Positions 22,767 through 35,708 of a DNA stretch of 56,704 nucleotides are shown here, piece after piece. Position 1 is the stretch's first letter; every line of letters starts with the position of its first letter. The stretch comes from Paraspadella gotoi (lineage: Eukaryota > Animalia > Chaetognatha): contig CM119270.1 in the NCBI GenBank assembly GCA_051294375.1, positions 17,711,443-17,768,146 of the forward strand, in the 5' to 3' direction. A program made the position numbers and the translations under genes. The notes below the pieces were generated by a model. The model did not search any database, was not told the DNA's origin, and was given only the letters and a program-made list of their open reading frames with translations.

Positions 22767-24984
22767 CCGACGACGGATCTCAAATCTCGAATGTGAAACT
22801 TTGTTGTCGGACAAAACAACTTTTTTTTCTTTTTTCTTTCTTTTTTTTTCGAAACCGGTTCTCAAGAACCCAAGTCTGGCCGCGGATAGAGCGAGAATCG
22901 ATTCCTACTTTTTCCGCCAAAAAGCTTTTTTTTGGTCCTGATTCTGCAGCGACGGAGGAAAAGAACAACGACAACAAAGAAAACAACGACAACAACAACA
23001 ACGACGACGGGCAAAACAACCGCCGACTCATCGCTCCAACGACGATGTAAACAAAATTAAGAAAACGCTCGCATAATCAAAAGGCGACTCTCTCTCTGTC
23101 TCTCTCTGTCTCTCTCTCTCTTCCTCATCTCTCCTGCATCTCTTCTCAAGTGAACCTCTCTCTCTCTACTCATCTCCTCTCTAGTCTCTCAGTCTCTCTC
23201 TCTCTCTTTCTCCTCACACGGCCACCGAAGAGTACTCGGCGAAGTGGATAGCCGCGACCGATGTTGAGAGAATTTCTCTGCGAAATTCATCGTCGATCTC
23301 GTCATCATCGCGTCGTCTTCGTCGTCGTCTTCGTCATCGTCGTAGTCTTTAATTAAAAAAAAATACAAGAACACAATAATTAAAACCGGAATTAAAATAA
23401 ACAAATTAAACTTTTAGTCAATTAAAAAGAGAAAATATAAGTAAAAAAAAAAGCATGTGACTCTAGTTAATTCACTCGACGATTCCTACGCGATGAGAAG
23501 CCTCACAAAGATCACGACAATTACGTGAAAAGAGCTTCACAGGAAACCGTCGCCCTGACCTTACCGTGACTTCGCCGTGACAATCGAGCGTGACAATCGG
23601 CAGCCGTCACGTTTTCTGTGGACGCGATTTTTCGGTAAAAGAATATTTCAAGGGAAAAACTTCCGTTTTTATCTTAAAAACCTCGAAAATGAAAATTATT
23701 TGCGCTCAATAATGTCAATAATGTCACCCTAACAGGATATTTATTTTAAAGAAAAAAAAACACAAATATGTTTAAACTTTAAGGTTAAACCAAAGAATTA
23801 AAACGGAGGTTTTTCCTTCTTAAAACGAAAAATAAGATCCAGACCGCTTTAATCTCCCCTTAAACTGTGATATCCCCTTAACTTCTCATCCCTCGGATAA
23901 AAAAAAAAAAAAAACTAACTTGAAATTCAAATGATGTTATGCAAACAAACGAAGCTTCGGTCTTGACGTTCGACGAGTCGACGGTTGCCTTGACAACGAA
24001 GACTCATCGTTCCCGCGACGTAAGCTAAAAACAAACAAACTAAAAGTTATATCTTGATCGGATCGTAATAACTATCCCTACGCGGGAAAAGGAGCCGCTA
24101 ACACAACCCCGCTATCTTCCCCTAAAACCCGAAAATTCCCCCTTTTTGCCTTTTTTTTTTCTCGGAAACGTCAAAGAAAAAAAAAGAAAGACGAGATCGG
24201 CTAACTGTCTTTTTTCTTTCTTCTCACAATCCTAAAACACTCCTAACACGTCACAATGGGAAGATAACAGTAGTTAACAGTTAACACTATTATAATACTC
24301 TCCCGAATTAAAAACAAAAAAAAAAGAAAAACCTCACTCACTCTGTCTAACAAGAAAACATTTTTTTCGAGATTTATATATATATCATTTTATTTCTTAC
24401 TAACAAAAAGCTCGTTCCGTCTATCTCTCTCTCTCTGTCTCATTCAATCGCCAAAGCACCATCATTTTACGAAAGCAAAGAAAAGGAGCTTTTTTAAATC
24501 CGAAAGAAATAGATAAAGACATCACTCGAAAGTCTCTCGTGTTTATATAATTGTACATAATACACTTTGTATCACGCCGTTACCATAACTACAACAGTAG
24601 CGATTATTCTTCATCGCATTTATTTTTTTTTCTCGCTCACGATTATCCATGATTTATTGGCCAATGAATGTCCATCTGACAAGAAAACAGATTTTGAAGA
24701 CCCACGAAAAGAAATAGGAATCCATCTTCTATTATAACTTTCTCACGCATTAATCTAATCATAAATAAATATTATATTTTTTTGGTCACACACAAAAAAA
24801 AAAAAAACTCACTCAGCCTCACACACATCGCGATTTTTGTAGCATCACGTCAATTTTGAAGCCATTTCCTCAGACCGAGTTTGCCTCTCAACAAGTTCGT
24901 CGACGACCCAGCGTGTGAACGCGCGCATCTTAAGGAACAACGACACACACACACACAAAGTTGCGATTTATGCAAATTAATCTC

Positions 24985-25096
<112 letters not shown>

Positions 25097-25795
25097 CATC
25101 AGATTTCATTAAATTTCTCGATTCGCGGCTCCGATAGAACCTCAGGGGTGTCTCAATCCCTCTCTTCTCCCTCTCTCTACTCTTTCTCTCTTCGTCACTA
25201 TCACTAACTTTCACAAACAAAGTTCATAAATATATATACAAACATGATCATATATATATATATTTATTCCTAGTTCAATTTCATTCCATTAATCCGAAGT
25301 AGCGGAACCACTTTTTTCCATTCTACTCTGTTACTCACTCGAACCGAAATAGCAACAACGACATTGAACGTAAACGAAACGAGATGATAGATCTAAGAAA
25401 AGAGAGAAAAACATGTTAAACGGCGACGATCCCACGATTAAGTCTCCAGGGTTAGGAGTAAGAAAAACATATTCCAACTAACTCTCACCCTGTAACATCG
25501 TTTCGATTAAGAACTGACACGAAAGCGAACTTTCCCCCCCTAAAAGTCAAACAAACTTACTCCCTCCAGCACGGCGAAAACATCACCCCCCCTGCCTCCC
25601 CCTTTTCTTTTACTCACGAACCTCCATCCAAAAGTGTCTGTTTGTTTTTTCTGTGATTCCTTAATTCTTCTTTCCCTTCACTGACACACACAAAAAAAAA
25701 GAGAGAGGAAAAAAAATCACCAAATCAAATCGAAAGAGAAAAGAGATTCTCTCTCCCTTTCCGCTTTTCCAAATTCGCTAACCATTTTGTCACGC

Positions 25796-25908
<113 letters not shown>

Positions 25909-26473
25909 CTTAATCACCTCAACCTCACCCCCTTGTTGTCAAACTCACCCTCTCGCGACGGACTCACTTCTCACGGTCATCGTTTCCGGTGGATTGCATC
26001 TAATTTTTCTTTCAAGAGTCTAAAAAGAGAATAGTGAACGCATCTCAATCTCTCTCTTTTTGTCTCCCTCTCCCTATTCCTTTTTATTTTCATTTGTACG
26101 TTCAATCACGTCCAAAACAAAAAAAAAAAANNNNNNNNNNNNNNNNNNNNNNNNNNNNNNNNNNNNNNNNNNNNNNNNNNNNNNNNNNNNNNNNNNNNNN
26201 NNNNNNNNNNNNNNNNNNNNNNNNNNNNNNNNNNNNNNNNNNNNNNNNNNNNNNNNNNNNNNNNNNNNNNNNNNNNNNNNNNNNNNNNNNNNNNNNNNNN
26301 NNNNNNNNNNNNNAAAAAAAAAAAAATAACTTTCCACCGACCAACTTCCCCGAAAAATCGATCACAGTGAGAGGTTACCATTTTCAATTCACAAAATAAT
26401 TCACAATCGGCGAACAACAAAAAAAAGTTTCATGACGAATTTAAAGGAGAAAGGATCTCGAAGAAGAAGAAGC

Positions 26474-26530
26474 GCCTGATCGCATCGGTCGTGGAGCCTG
26501 ATCGCATCTCCTCATAGGCCTGATCGCATC
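26474..26530 (+). repeat. Three identical 13-mers GCCTGATCGCATC with 22-bp period and different 9-bp spacers
   Basis: Copies start at 26474, 26496 and 26518; spacers are GGTCGTGGA and TCCTCATAG. Confidence 0.9.
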
Positions 26531-27171
26531 GAGCGCAAATTTTTTAGGCATCACCGGTTCCCACACACAACAATCAATTTAGTTCAAATATCTGTCAAAC
26601 CCTCAGTGTCCTTCTTTAACTAAAACCGCAACGACTTAATAAAAAAGAAAAAAAAACAAATCATCTATAAATCGTCTTCTTTGTTTTCCGAATTCATTCG
26701 ATTAAAATTAATTTCATTCTCTCATTTCCGCAAATTCATCTAAACCTAAAACAAAACAAACAAACTAAAAAAACAGAAACTTTGAGGAAGAAAATTTGAA
26801 AGAAAAAAAAACAAAATTCGATTTGAGACGACGACGATTAGGAACAACAGCAACGACAACAACGACAACAAAAAATCGAGAAAAACAGAGACAATTTCTC
26901 CAAAAGCCTAGAGCGCCTTAACTTTATTTCTTTTTTTTTTCACGCGTCGACGTCACTCGGTGAAAACCTGATTCACGAAACGACAAATTCACAAAAGACA
27001 AAATTCACAACCGAAAAAAAAGAACAAAAAAAAAAAGACGTGAATTGTTTTCTTTTTTGATTTCAATTTCACCCCCCCCCCGAGTTTCTTTTTTTTTCTC
27101 TTCGCTTTTTATTTCCTCTTTGCGTTCGTCGCCTTCACCCCGGGGAAAAAGAAAAAACTGGGGAGAAAAAC

Positions 27172-27261
27172 CGGATGTAACTGCATTCTACGGTCAAAGA
27201 CCCCGATGTAACTGCATCATAGAGTCAAAGACTCGGATGTAACTGCATCATATAGTCAAAA
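27172..27261 (+). repeat. 31-bp tandem repeat x3 (core GATGTAACTGCAT...GTCAAA)
   Basis: Core starts at 27174, 27205 and 27236. Confidence 0.9.
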
Positions 27262-27882
27262 CGAAAAATATCGAGAAAAAAAGACGAAGTTACGATATTG
27301 AATTTATTTTATTTATAAAAAAATATCAAACGAAAATAGACAATCGATTTATCGTTTTTTTTTTGTTTTTTTTTTTTTGTTTTTTTTTCGTCTTCGATTC
27401 CGTTTCGACTTTTAGAAACGACGACGAAAACAACAACGACAACAACAACAACTACATCGACTAAACTGTCATCGTATTCGCCTTTTTTACATTCATCTTC
27501 TTCATCGTCCAAGTAGCCTAATCACCGACTGATCATCGTCATCGTCATCATCGTCGTCGCCATCGTCGTCACCGCAATCGCCTGAACCTTTTCTCTACTT
27601 TGGTTTTCTCATCCGTAAAACCGATCGCTACCTTAAAAAAACAAAAAACAAAACGTGACATAAACAAAACTAAAGGTAAAACAATCTATCTTCCGAGTTT
27701 CGAATCCTTTCATTACCGAAAATTTGTTTAGTAAGATAACAAACATATAAACGAACACCACAAGAGTCATGAAGCTAAACAAAAATCCGTTTTTTTAACA
27801 AAAAAACAATCAAGCAAAACAGAACAAAAAAAAACAACCGAATAAAAAACAAAACAAAAAAACAAACTGAAAAGTTTCGACG

Positions 27883-28216
27883 ATGAAGCAGAACAAACGT
27901 CGCCGACTTCAGCGCCGTCGCAAGTTGCGGAAAGCCAAGGCACAGAAGAAAGAAGCGGACAAGAGGCCCGTGGGTTCCATGCGGCAACCGCCTCCCGGAG
28001 AAGGGGGGCCGGTTCCGCCAGGGGGCAGCCCCGTCGGAGGGCCGGGGACGCTGCCGGGCATTCCCGGAGGGCTGGGCGGGCCCGGAGCGCCGTTGCCGGG
28101 CCTGCTGGGGCCCGACGGAAAAAAGTATCGCTCCATCTATTTGCCGCATTTGGACGATACGCTGGGTGGAGAAGAACCCAGTGCGAGCGAATGCATGATG
28201 GAAAAATACGAAAAAG
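27883..28216 (+). CDS. Probable first coding exon of an unidentified protein (basic NLS-like N-terminus, Gly/Pro-rich tract, then KKYRSIYLPHLDDTLGGEEPSASECMMEKYEK), ending at a phase-1 donor
   Basis: ATG at 27883 (ACGATGA) after an A-rich leader. Abrupt GC-rich island with a non-microsatellite, protein-like open frame of 111 codons. AAAG|GTAAGA donor at 28217. No downstream exon identified. Confidence 0.7.
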
Positions 28217-28847
28217 GTAAGAGGATGACTCGTGGTTAAGTTGGGGAGGGGTGGGGGAGGGGTGGGGGGGATGTGGAAAGGAGGTTGGCTGAGATGGAGT
28301 GGAATGGAATTGTTCCTTCGTTGTTGTTTTTGCTGTTGTTTCGTGAATTTTTTTGTTTAAAATTGTGATTGTGTTTGATCGACGTCGTGAAAAAAACCTT
28401 AAAGTAAATTTTTTTTTCTTCCTCGTTGTCATCTTTTTCATCTTCTTTGCCATTCTTTCCGTCCACGTTTCCATCGTCTTTGTCGTCGATGTCATCCTTT
28501 TCTGCTTCGTTGTCATCATCTTCATCGTCGTTGTCATCATCTTTGTCGTCTTTCTCTTTTTCGTCGGCGACTAATTGATTTTTCTCGTCGAGCGAAAAGG
28601 TGAGGCGAACTTTGATTTCGGTCAACGAGACTCAGGCGATTAGCGTCCGACTTTTATGGAGGTGAGGGACTGCGGAGTGGCACAATTGTACGGATCGGTT
28701 CCTGTTTTTCTTTTTTAAATTCATTTAAACAGAAACAAGAATTTTTTAACGATATGAACAATACCTCTTCCTTGTATTTAACTCTGATGAATACTTTTCC
28801 TTCTTGTGGTCGAGACATTAACGCCTTTAAAAGATCTAACGTGATAA

Positions 28848-28965
<118 letters not shown>

Positions 28966-30325
28966 TATGACTTAAATTCTCCATCGTTTTCATCGTCGTT
29001 CGTTCGAAAAGCGAAAGATGTTTTCGCGCGAAAAAAAAATGGCGACGGAGAAAAAGAGAGATGGCGACGGGGAAATGTCTCTCGTACTTTTTTTTTTATT
29101 TATCGATAATCGTTTACCGTAAAACGAAAGCATAAAAAGTAAACGAGGAAGAAGAAGAGAAAAAAAATGAGGGAGAAAAAGATTCGAAGAAAGAATTTCA
29201 CTTGAACGACGCGAAGTGGAAGAGAGGCTGTGAGGTTGTGAGGAAATTAGTAATTTGAAATGGGGTATTGATAGAGTTATAATAGGCTATTTCATAGTGG
29301 TTATTGTCGTATTGTTATTCTAATACAGTTTTAACGCAGCTTTATGGCGTCATTACTGCGTTTGAACTCTTAACCATTTTTTTTTCTGAAAACTAGTATA
29401 CATTCAAAGTTAGCTTTTTTTGCCCAAAAAGAAAGGTTTCTAAAAAAATACAAAACAACTTTTTATAGTAGTCGTCACAAAAAAAAAAGGAAAATCGCCC
29501 AGTTGATTGAAAATAACATTGTTAAATTCAAGACGAAATGCAAGAAATAAAAACAAGACAAAAACAAGAAAACTACAGAACACAATGTTTTCATAGATGA
29601 CAAAAACAGCAAAACAAGAACAACAACAACAACGCCAACTGGCCAAATAAACTTCGTCAAACGTCAACCGCACATGTTTTCTCTTTAACCTTTTTTCAGT
29701 TTTTCAATTTTTTGTCGTCGGAATAAAAAATCGATCGATTGAAAAAAAAAGTCTGATCTTGACAGGAGTTGTCATAGCCCAAGTTTTGGGCTCAAACTTT
29801 GGCCAAAAACTCTTTCCTTATGACCAGCTGACTATTTCGGGCTTTGCTTCAATCAGTTAATGGAAAATATTATTTGAGATTTCTTTTTAGTTGTTAGTTC
29901 CAGGATTTTTCGTTATTGGTTGCTTTCTTTCTTTCTTTCGTTCTTTTTCTCTTTCTTTCTTTTTTTCTTTCTGTCTTTCTTTCTTTCTTTCTTTCTTTAT
30001 TTTTTTTCGCTTTTCTTCTTTCTTTCTTTCTCTGGTTTCGGTCTGATATTGCCAGTCGCCTCACCATTTTTTAATGGCCCCCGGTTGCTGTTGCGAACTT
30101 GAAACTGAACCATTTTTCTTAAATCCATTGTTGCGTTGAGTCAAAGGGAGTAAAGGAAAAGAATAAAAATGAATAATAAAAAGTAGTTGAAAAAAAAAGA
30201 AACAAAAAAGAAAGGAAGGGATAGAAAATATAGAAAGAAAAAAAGTATATAGAAAGAAAACAATAAAAAACAAACAAACAAAAAATAAAGAAAAAGAAAG
30301 AAAGATAGAAATATAAAAAGATAAA

Positions 30326-30400
<75 letters not shown>

Positions 30401-30454
30401 GAAGGTGGTTCGGCTTACGAAAACAAGCTGTAAGTGGCGGAAGGCTGCGTGCGC

Positions 30455-30521
30455 GGGCGGGGGCGGTGGCAGCGGCAGCGTCGGTGGCAGCGGCGGCGGC
30501 AGCGGCGGCAGCGGCGGCGGC
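30455..30521. repeat. GC-rich (GGCAGC/GGC)n tract next to CCTTTGAT/TGATTTAT motifs
   Basis: Direct reading; poly-Ala or Gly/Ser if translated, but no splice context was found. Confidence 0.6.
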
Positions 30522-31146
30522 GTTCTCTCCGGCGGTGAGCCTTTGATTTATGTGATCCCCAATTTCTTCCACGGAACAACAACCGCCACTCGAAAAGGCC
30601 TCTTTCCTCTTTCCAGCGAAACAAAAGCGGAAAAAAGCTTGTAAACAGAAGCTTTGCTTGGTGGGGGGGGCGAAACTTCGAAGCGTCATGGAATAAAAAA
30701 AAATTGACGAACTCTCGTTGATGTATCTTTGACCAGCAGAAGAAGGATTCAACTTTTTATGCATGACTTCCTAAATGCATATAATGTATTTAAATATTGA
30801 TTATAATACCTGTTTAATTTATCTGTCTTTGACTCAATTTCTCTTTTTCAATCCGTCTGTCCGTCACTTCAATCAGTTTATATCTGTTTGAAAAAAAAAA
30901 AGCTTACGATAAATTTAAATGAGAAAAGCGTTATCTTTTTTATAAATCTTCTTACTGAAAAAATAGCATAAAAGCGTTTAAACTTTATACATAGAAATAA
31001 AGTGTCCTCGTTTTCAATTAAACTAATCCTCATTAGTCAAATTCTCATTGATTCTATCCGATTATAAGATTTGGAGAGGATCATCCCTTCTTACGTCACG
31101 GGCACGCGCTCTCTCTCTCTCTCTCGTCATCTCTCTCTCTCTCTCT

Positions 31147-31180
<34 letters not shown>

Positions 31181-31276
31181 GAAAAGGACAAAAAAATTGG
31201 GAGGGACTTGAAGCGATTGAGTTGAGAGAGAAGACCAGAGATCGAAGGACGAAGAAACAAGAAGACAGTAAATGGA

Positions 31277-31370
<94 letters not shown>

Positions 31371-31814
31371 AAACAATGAAAGAAAAGGAAAAGGAAAGAA
31401 GTATTTTTTTTTTTATTTTTATTCTTATCTTTGTTATTCCATTGTTTTTTTTTCTTCCTTTTCTAATCTTCATGTTCACAATTCTAATTTAATATTTACG
31501 TCTTTTATTAGTTATTTTGAATCTCTTTTTAATATTTTCTATTTTTTTCTTCCTTCCCGCCTCACGATTTTTTTACAATCTCCCAAAATAGATATCAATT
31601 TATTTGCAACAAGAAATGCGCGCATGAATTCAGAAGAAAGATGGACTCTCTCGGCCAAAGATTTTTTGGAAGGATCAACGTTTTCGCTTTTTTCTTTCTT
31701 TCTCTCAAGATTTCTTTCTATCTTTCTTTCATTTTATCTCTTTTCTTATCGTTCTTTCTTTCTTTTACTTGCTTTCTCCCGTTCGTTTATTCATGCTTTT
31801 GAAATAACGTTCTA

Positions 31815-32453
31815 TGAAATTGGTACAACCAATATAAAAATTCTCCATTCGTTTAATAAATAAGCTATCTTGCCCCTGACTTTGGACAGGCTTTGGTGGT
31901 TTAAGGCCTCCATCACTCTTACCAGATAATGACCTAGCAGGCCCCTGCAAGCTTTCAATCAACTCTCTCACAATCTCGTTTATTCACTCCCATTTACATT
32001 TACCGAGTCATTTATATCTCATGCAATTCATCCAAGTGAGACATTTCCATTTCCTCACTTGTTTTTCATATAATATTAATTTTTTTTAAAAATTATTCTT
32101 TTGTATTCATTTCATTCAGAACCCTTCAGTCATATCGCTGAATTTGCATTCATGAAGGAGAAAATAAAGACTGAAGGTATATTCAGGTTCAATTGATGAA
32201 TGTAATCAATCTAGTTTAAATAAATCTATCAATAAATCTATCAATAAATCAATAAATCAATTCATCTCTCGATCTTTTTCCACAATGAAAAACATCCATC
32301 TAATTGGGTTCACATAAATTCTCCCATTTGAATTAACTTTAACTGAAAAAAAAACTGAAAAAAAAACTGAAAAAAAGCCTGTCCAAAGTCAGGGGCAAGA
32401 TAGCTTATTTATTAAATGAATGGATAATTTTTATATTGGTTGTACCAATTTCA
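31815..32453. mobile_element. MITE-like element, ~80-bp terminal inverted repeats, flanked by TA on both sides (Tc1/mariner-type target)
   Basis: TA|TGAAATTGGTACAACCAATATAAAAATT...GCCCCTGACTTTGGACAGGCTTT (31813-31894) vs AAAGCCTGTCCAAAGTCAGGGGC...TTGGTTGTACCAATTTCA|TA (32374-32455). The interior is AT-rich and non-coding. Confidence 0.7.
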
Positions 32454-32681
32454 TATTTTGTGAAATTCTCGCGTGATGTTCCGATTTCCGTTTGGGGGCG
32501 CGAGAGCGTAAAAGATGCACGTATACCTTTTAGAAATAATCCGGGTGAATAATACAAGACATGAACTTTCAAACCGGAAGCAGAAAAAAATTAAGGATTT
32601 CTCGATTTCTGAGAAATTCTGGCAAAGTCACTCGCCACTTGTCACCCGCTCGTTCGTCCGAGAAAAAAAGAGATAGAGAAC

Positions 32682-32799
<118 letters not shown>

Positions 32800-32876
32800 G
32801 CGTCCGTTCGGAGGGCGGAACCAGCGAAGCAGAATCTGCGAAGGCGTTGCTCATTTGACGCCGGTAATGAATGCCA

Positions 32877-32914
<38 letters not shown>

Positions 32915-33139
32915 TCGTCGTCTTTTTAGTCGTCGTCTTCGTCGTCGTCGTGTAGGGTTTCCTTTATCTTGCGTCGACATCGAAAGGTTTACCCTTCGTC
33001 TACATTCGCTCGAGATCTCCTTTCTCGCTTTGGTCGTCATCATCGTCATCATCATTATTATTATTGACATCGTTATCATCATCAACATCATTATCAACGC
33101 CATCATTGCAATCATTACTGTCATCATAATCATCATCAC

Positions 33140-33172
<33 letters not shown>

Positions 33173-33292
33173 TATCATCATCATCATCATCATCATCGCC
33201 ATCATTATAGTCATTAACAACATCATCGTCATCATTAGAACCATTAATGCCATCATCATCATCATTATCATCATCATCCCTATCATTATCAT
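32877..33292. repeat. (GTC)n followed by a long degenerate (ATC)n trinucleotide tract
   Basis: Direct reading. Confidence 0.9.
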
Positions 33293-33745
33293 AAAGACCC
33301 CACCTGACCATTTTCCTTCTCGCCTTTCTCTATCGACTTCACACGTTTTCTTCTCAACTTTTTCTTTTCCTCTTTTTTTCTTCTTTCTTTTTTTTTCTCT
33401 TCATTTTCTTCTCTCTGTTTCACCATAATTATGTTTCTTTCACATCCTGTTCTTTCCTTTACCCCTTTTCTTTCCTCTTTCCTTCTTCCTCATGTGTCCC
33501 CTCATTCCTCCCCCTCCTCCTCTTCCTCCTACTCTTCCTCCCTTTCCTCTTCCTCCTCCTATTCCTCTCGCTCCTCTTCCTCCTCCTTCTCCTTTTCCCC
33601 CCCTCCTCCTCTTCCTCTTCTTTGTCCCCTGGTCCCTGATTAAAATCCCGTCATCTCTTTGGTTTCCCATTTAATGTAGTACTTTCGTTGTTTTCGTTAT
33701 TCAATTATCCTTTTTGTCCCCTCTTGACTTTCCTTTTCTCTCTCC

Positions 33746-33825
<80 letters not shown>

Positions 33826-34721
33826 GCTTCTATTATTTATCATTCCCTTTTTTTTCCTTTTCTTTTTTCCTCCCTTTTCATCTTCGGTTCTGAGGGAAGA
33901 GGAGAGGGTTTTTTTTTCTCCAGCCTTTTGTCCAGACTGGCGACCCCCGTCCTCCCCCTCCACCCCTCTCCCCTCCCTCTCCCTCCCCCTCTTCCTCTCC
34001 TTTGAGAGTCCCGGCTCAGCTCGCTTTGTCAACCTCGTTGATGAATCCATTTATGGGAAACACCGCAAAATAAAAAAAAAATGGCAAAGAACAAAGTAGC
34101 GATTTGTTAAACCCTCACCTCAAAAAAAGAAAGAGAGAAAGAAAGAAAGAAAGCAAATCACAAAGGCTCTCAAATATCTCCTCTCTGAACTCGCCTTAGA
34201 AAAATCCAGCAAAACAATTTCATAAAAGCCTCGTGAGTCTGACTACGAAATCTTAAAAAAAATCTCTTATTGTCATAAGTTAAAAAAAAACTTTGCTACT
34301 GTCGAAGACGTTTCAACGTAAAACCTCTTTATAAATAAAAGTGTTTTATTCCGTTACAACAAATACAGTTGACACGGTACATGTACAACATTGCTTACAA
34401 ATAAACTCAAAAATTGTAAAATTTGAATTTCACGTTTACGAAATATCAGCACCTCTCCCTCTTGAAGCAGTAACTATGGTGACTGTTCGATGGTGACGAA
34501 CGTTTATATTATATCAAGGATACTAATTTATCTTGTAACTACTTTTTTTTATTTTCAATAAAAGATAAAAGAGGTTTTTTTTTGTTATCGATTTAAAAAA
34601 AAAGCAAAAGGGAAGCGAGGGAGAGGAATAAAACCCCCGAAGGGAAGCGACTTAAGTAATTAAGTAATTAAGGGGAGAGAAACTCCATCAAGGATTTTTC
34701 ATGGAGCCGAATTAATCAGGG

Positions 34722-34900
34722 ACTTGTCTTCCTTGTCTTCCATGTATTTCTTGTCTTCTTTGTCTTCTTTGTTTTCCCTGTCTTTTTTGTCTTCTTTATC
34801 TCTATTGTCTTCTTTGTCTTCCTTGTCCTTTGTCGTCCTTGTCTTTCTTGTCTTTCTTGTTTTCCTCTTCTTTCTTATCTTCTTTGTATTTCTTGTCTTT
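34722..34900. repeat. Degenerate 9-bp (TTGTCTTCY)n repeat
   Basis: Direct reading; gives DKE repeats on the minus strand. Confidence 0.7.
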
Positions 34901-35136
34901 TTTTTTAAATCATAGCATCTTTGTCTTCTTACACGTCTTATCTCTTTCTTCGTCATCGACTTATATTTAAACATTTATTTGAATTGGCTAAGTTTAAAAA
35001 AGTTTATATAAAATATTAATAACAAACGCTCTTCTCGTAAGAACGTTCGCTCGGTTTATATCGGAAACCGTTTACGTTGAAAAGTGAATCTGTTTCATAC
35101 GAATGAAAAAAGAATCTGATTTTTTTTTATCGAGTT

Positions 35137-35174
<38 letters not shown>

Positions 35175-35442
35175 GCTCTCTCCTCTCTCCCCGTCTCAGT
35201 GTACGAGGTACTGATCAGCTCTTGACCGATCTGCATATATGTATGCGAAAAAACAGAGTAACAAAAAGAAATTGGCATTGAACAAATATACGCGAAAGAA
35301 AAGGTATGTGTCGTCGTCGAGCGTGCGATTTCTATCTGATGAAAGTACGTCTTGGGGAGATTCAGATGAAGATCAGAACAGAATAAGAGAAATCGGCCAA
35401 GTTTGACGTCTGTCCATCAAATCTGGGAAAAAATAGCGACAG

Positions 35443-35708
35443 TTTTTAGTTGCGCCGCAAGAACAACTCAATGAGACACTTTTCTGTTGGTCGGTCGGTC
35501 GGTCGGTATGTCTGTCCGTCTGTCTGTCCAAATGACGTTTAAAATGCTCATAACTCGCCTCTAGTTAGTTGCTCATTTGTTAAGAAAGGAAAAATCCTCA
35601 AATTAAAGAGACTGCAAGCGCCGCCTTCAGGAAATCTTAAAACTATAAAGAATAAAAGTTGAGCTTAGAAACTTCGGCGCAACACACATTTAGATTTCCG
35701 TTCTAGTT
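35443..35708 (+). mobile_element. DINE-1/Helentron-associated (HINE-like) non-autonomous element
   Basis: Starts in a T-run. Subterminal IR GTTGCGCCG (35449-35457) / CGGCGCAAC (35675-35683). 5' hairpin AGTTG..CAACT (35448-35468). (GTCG/GTCY)n microsatellite at ~35490-35529. Ends in CTAGTT with a short TAGA..TCTA stem. Confidence 0.6.

Noticed and set aside
26474-26530. CRISPR-like repeat-spacer pattern
   Set aside because: Repeats (13 bp) and spacers (9 bp) are far too short, there are only three units, there are no cas genes, and the context is eukaryotic.
27767-28625. Minus-strand ORFs (257 aa, 129 aa) overlapping the exon
   Set aside because: Antisense shadow of the GC-rich exon plus (GAC/GAT)n-like low complexity; the + frame has the start and splice donor.
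34699-34974. Charged DKE/RK-repeat ORF
   Set aside because: Explained by a degenerate 9-bp tandem repeat; no coding context.
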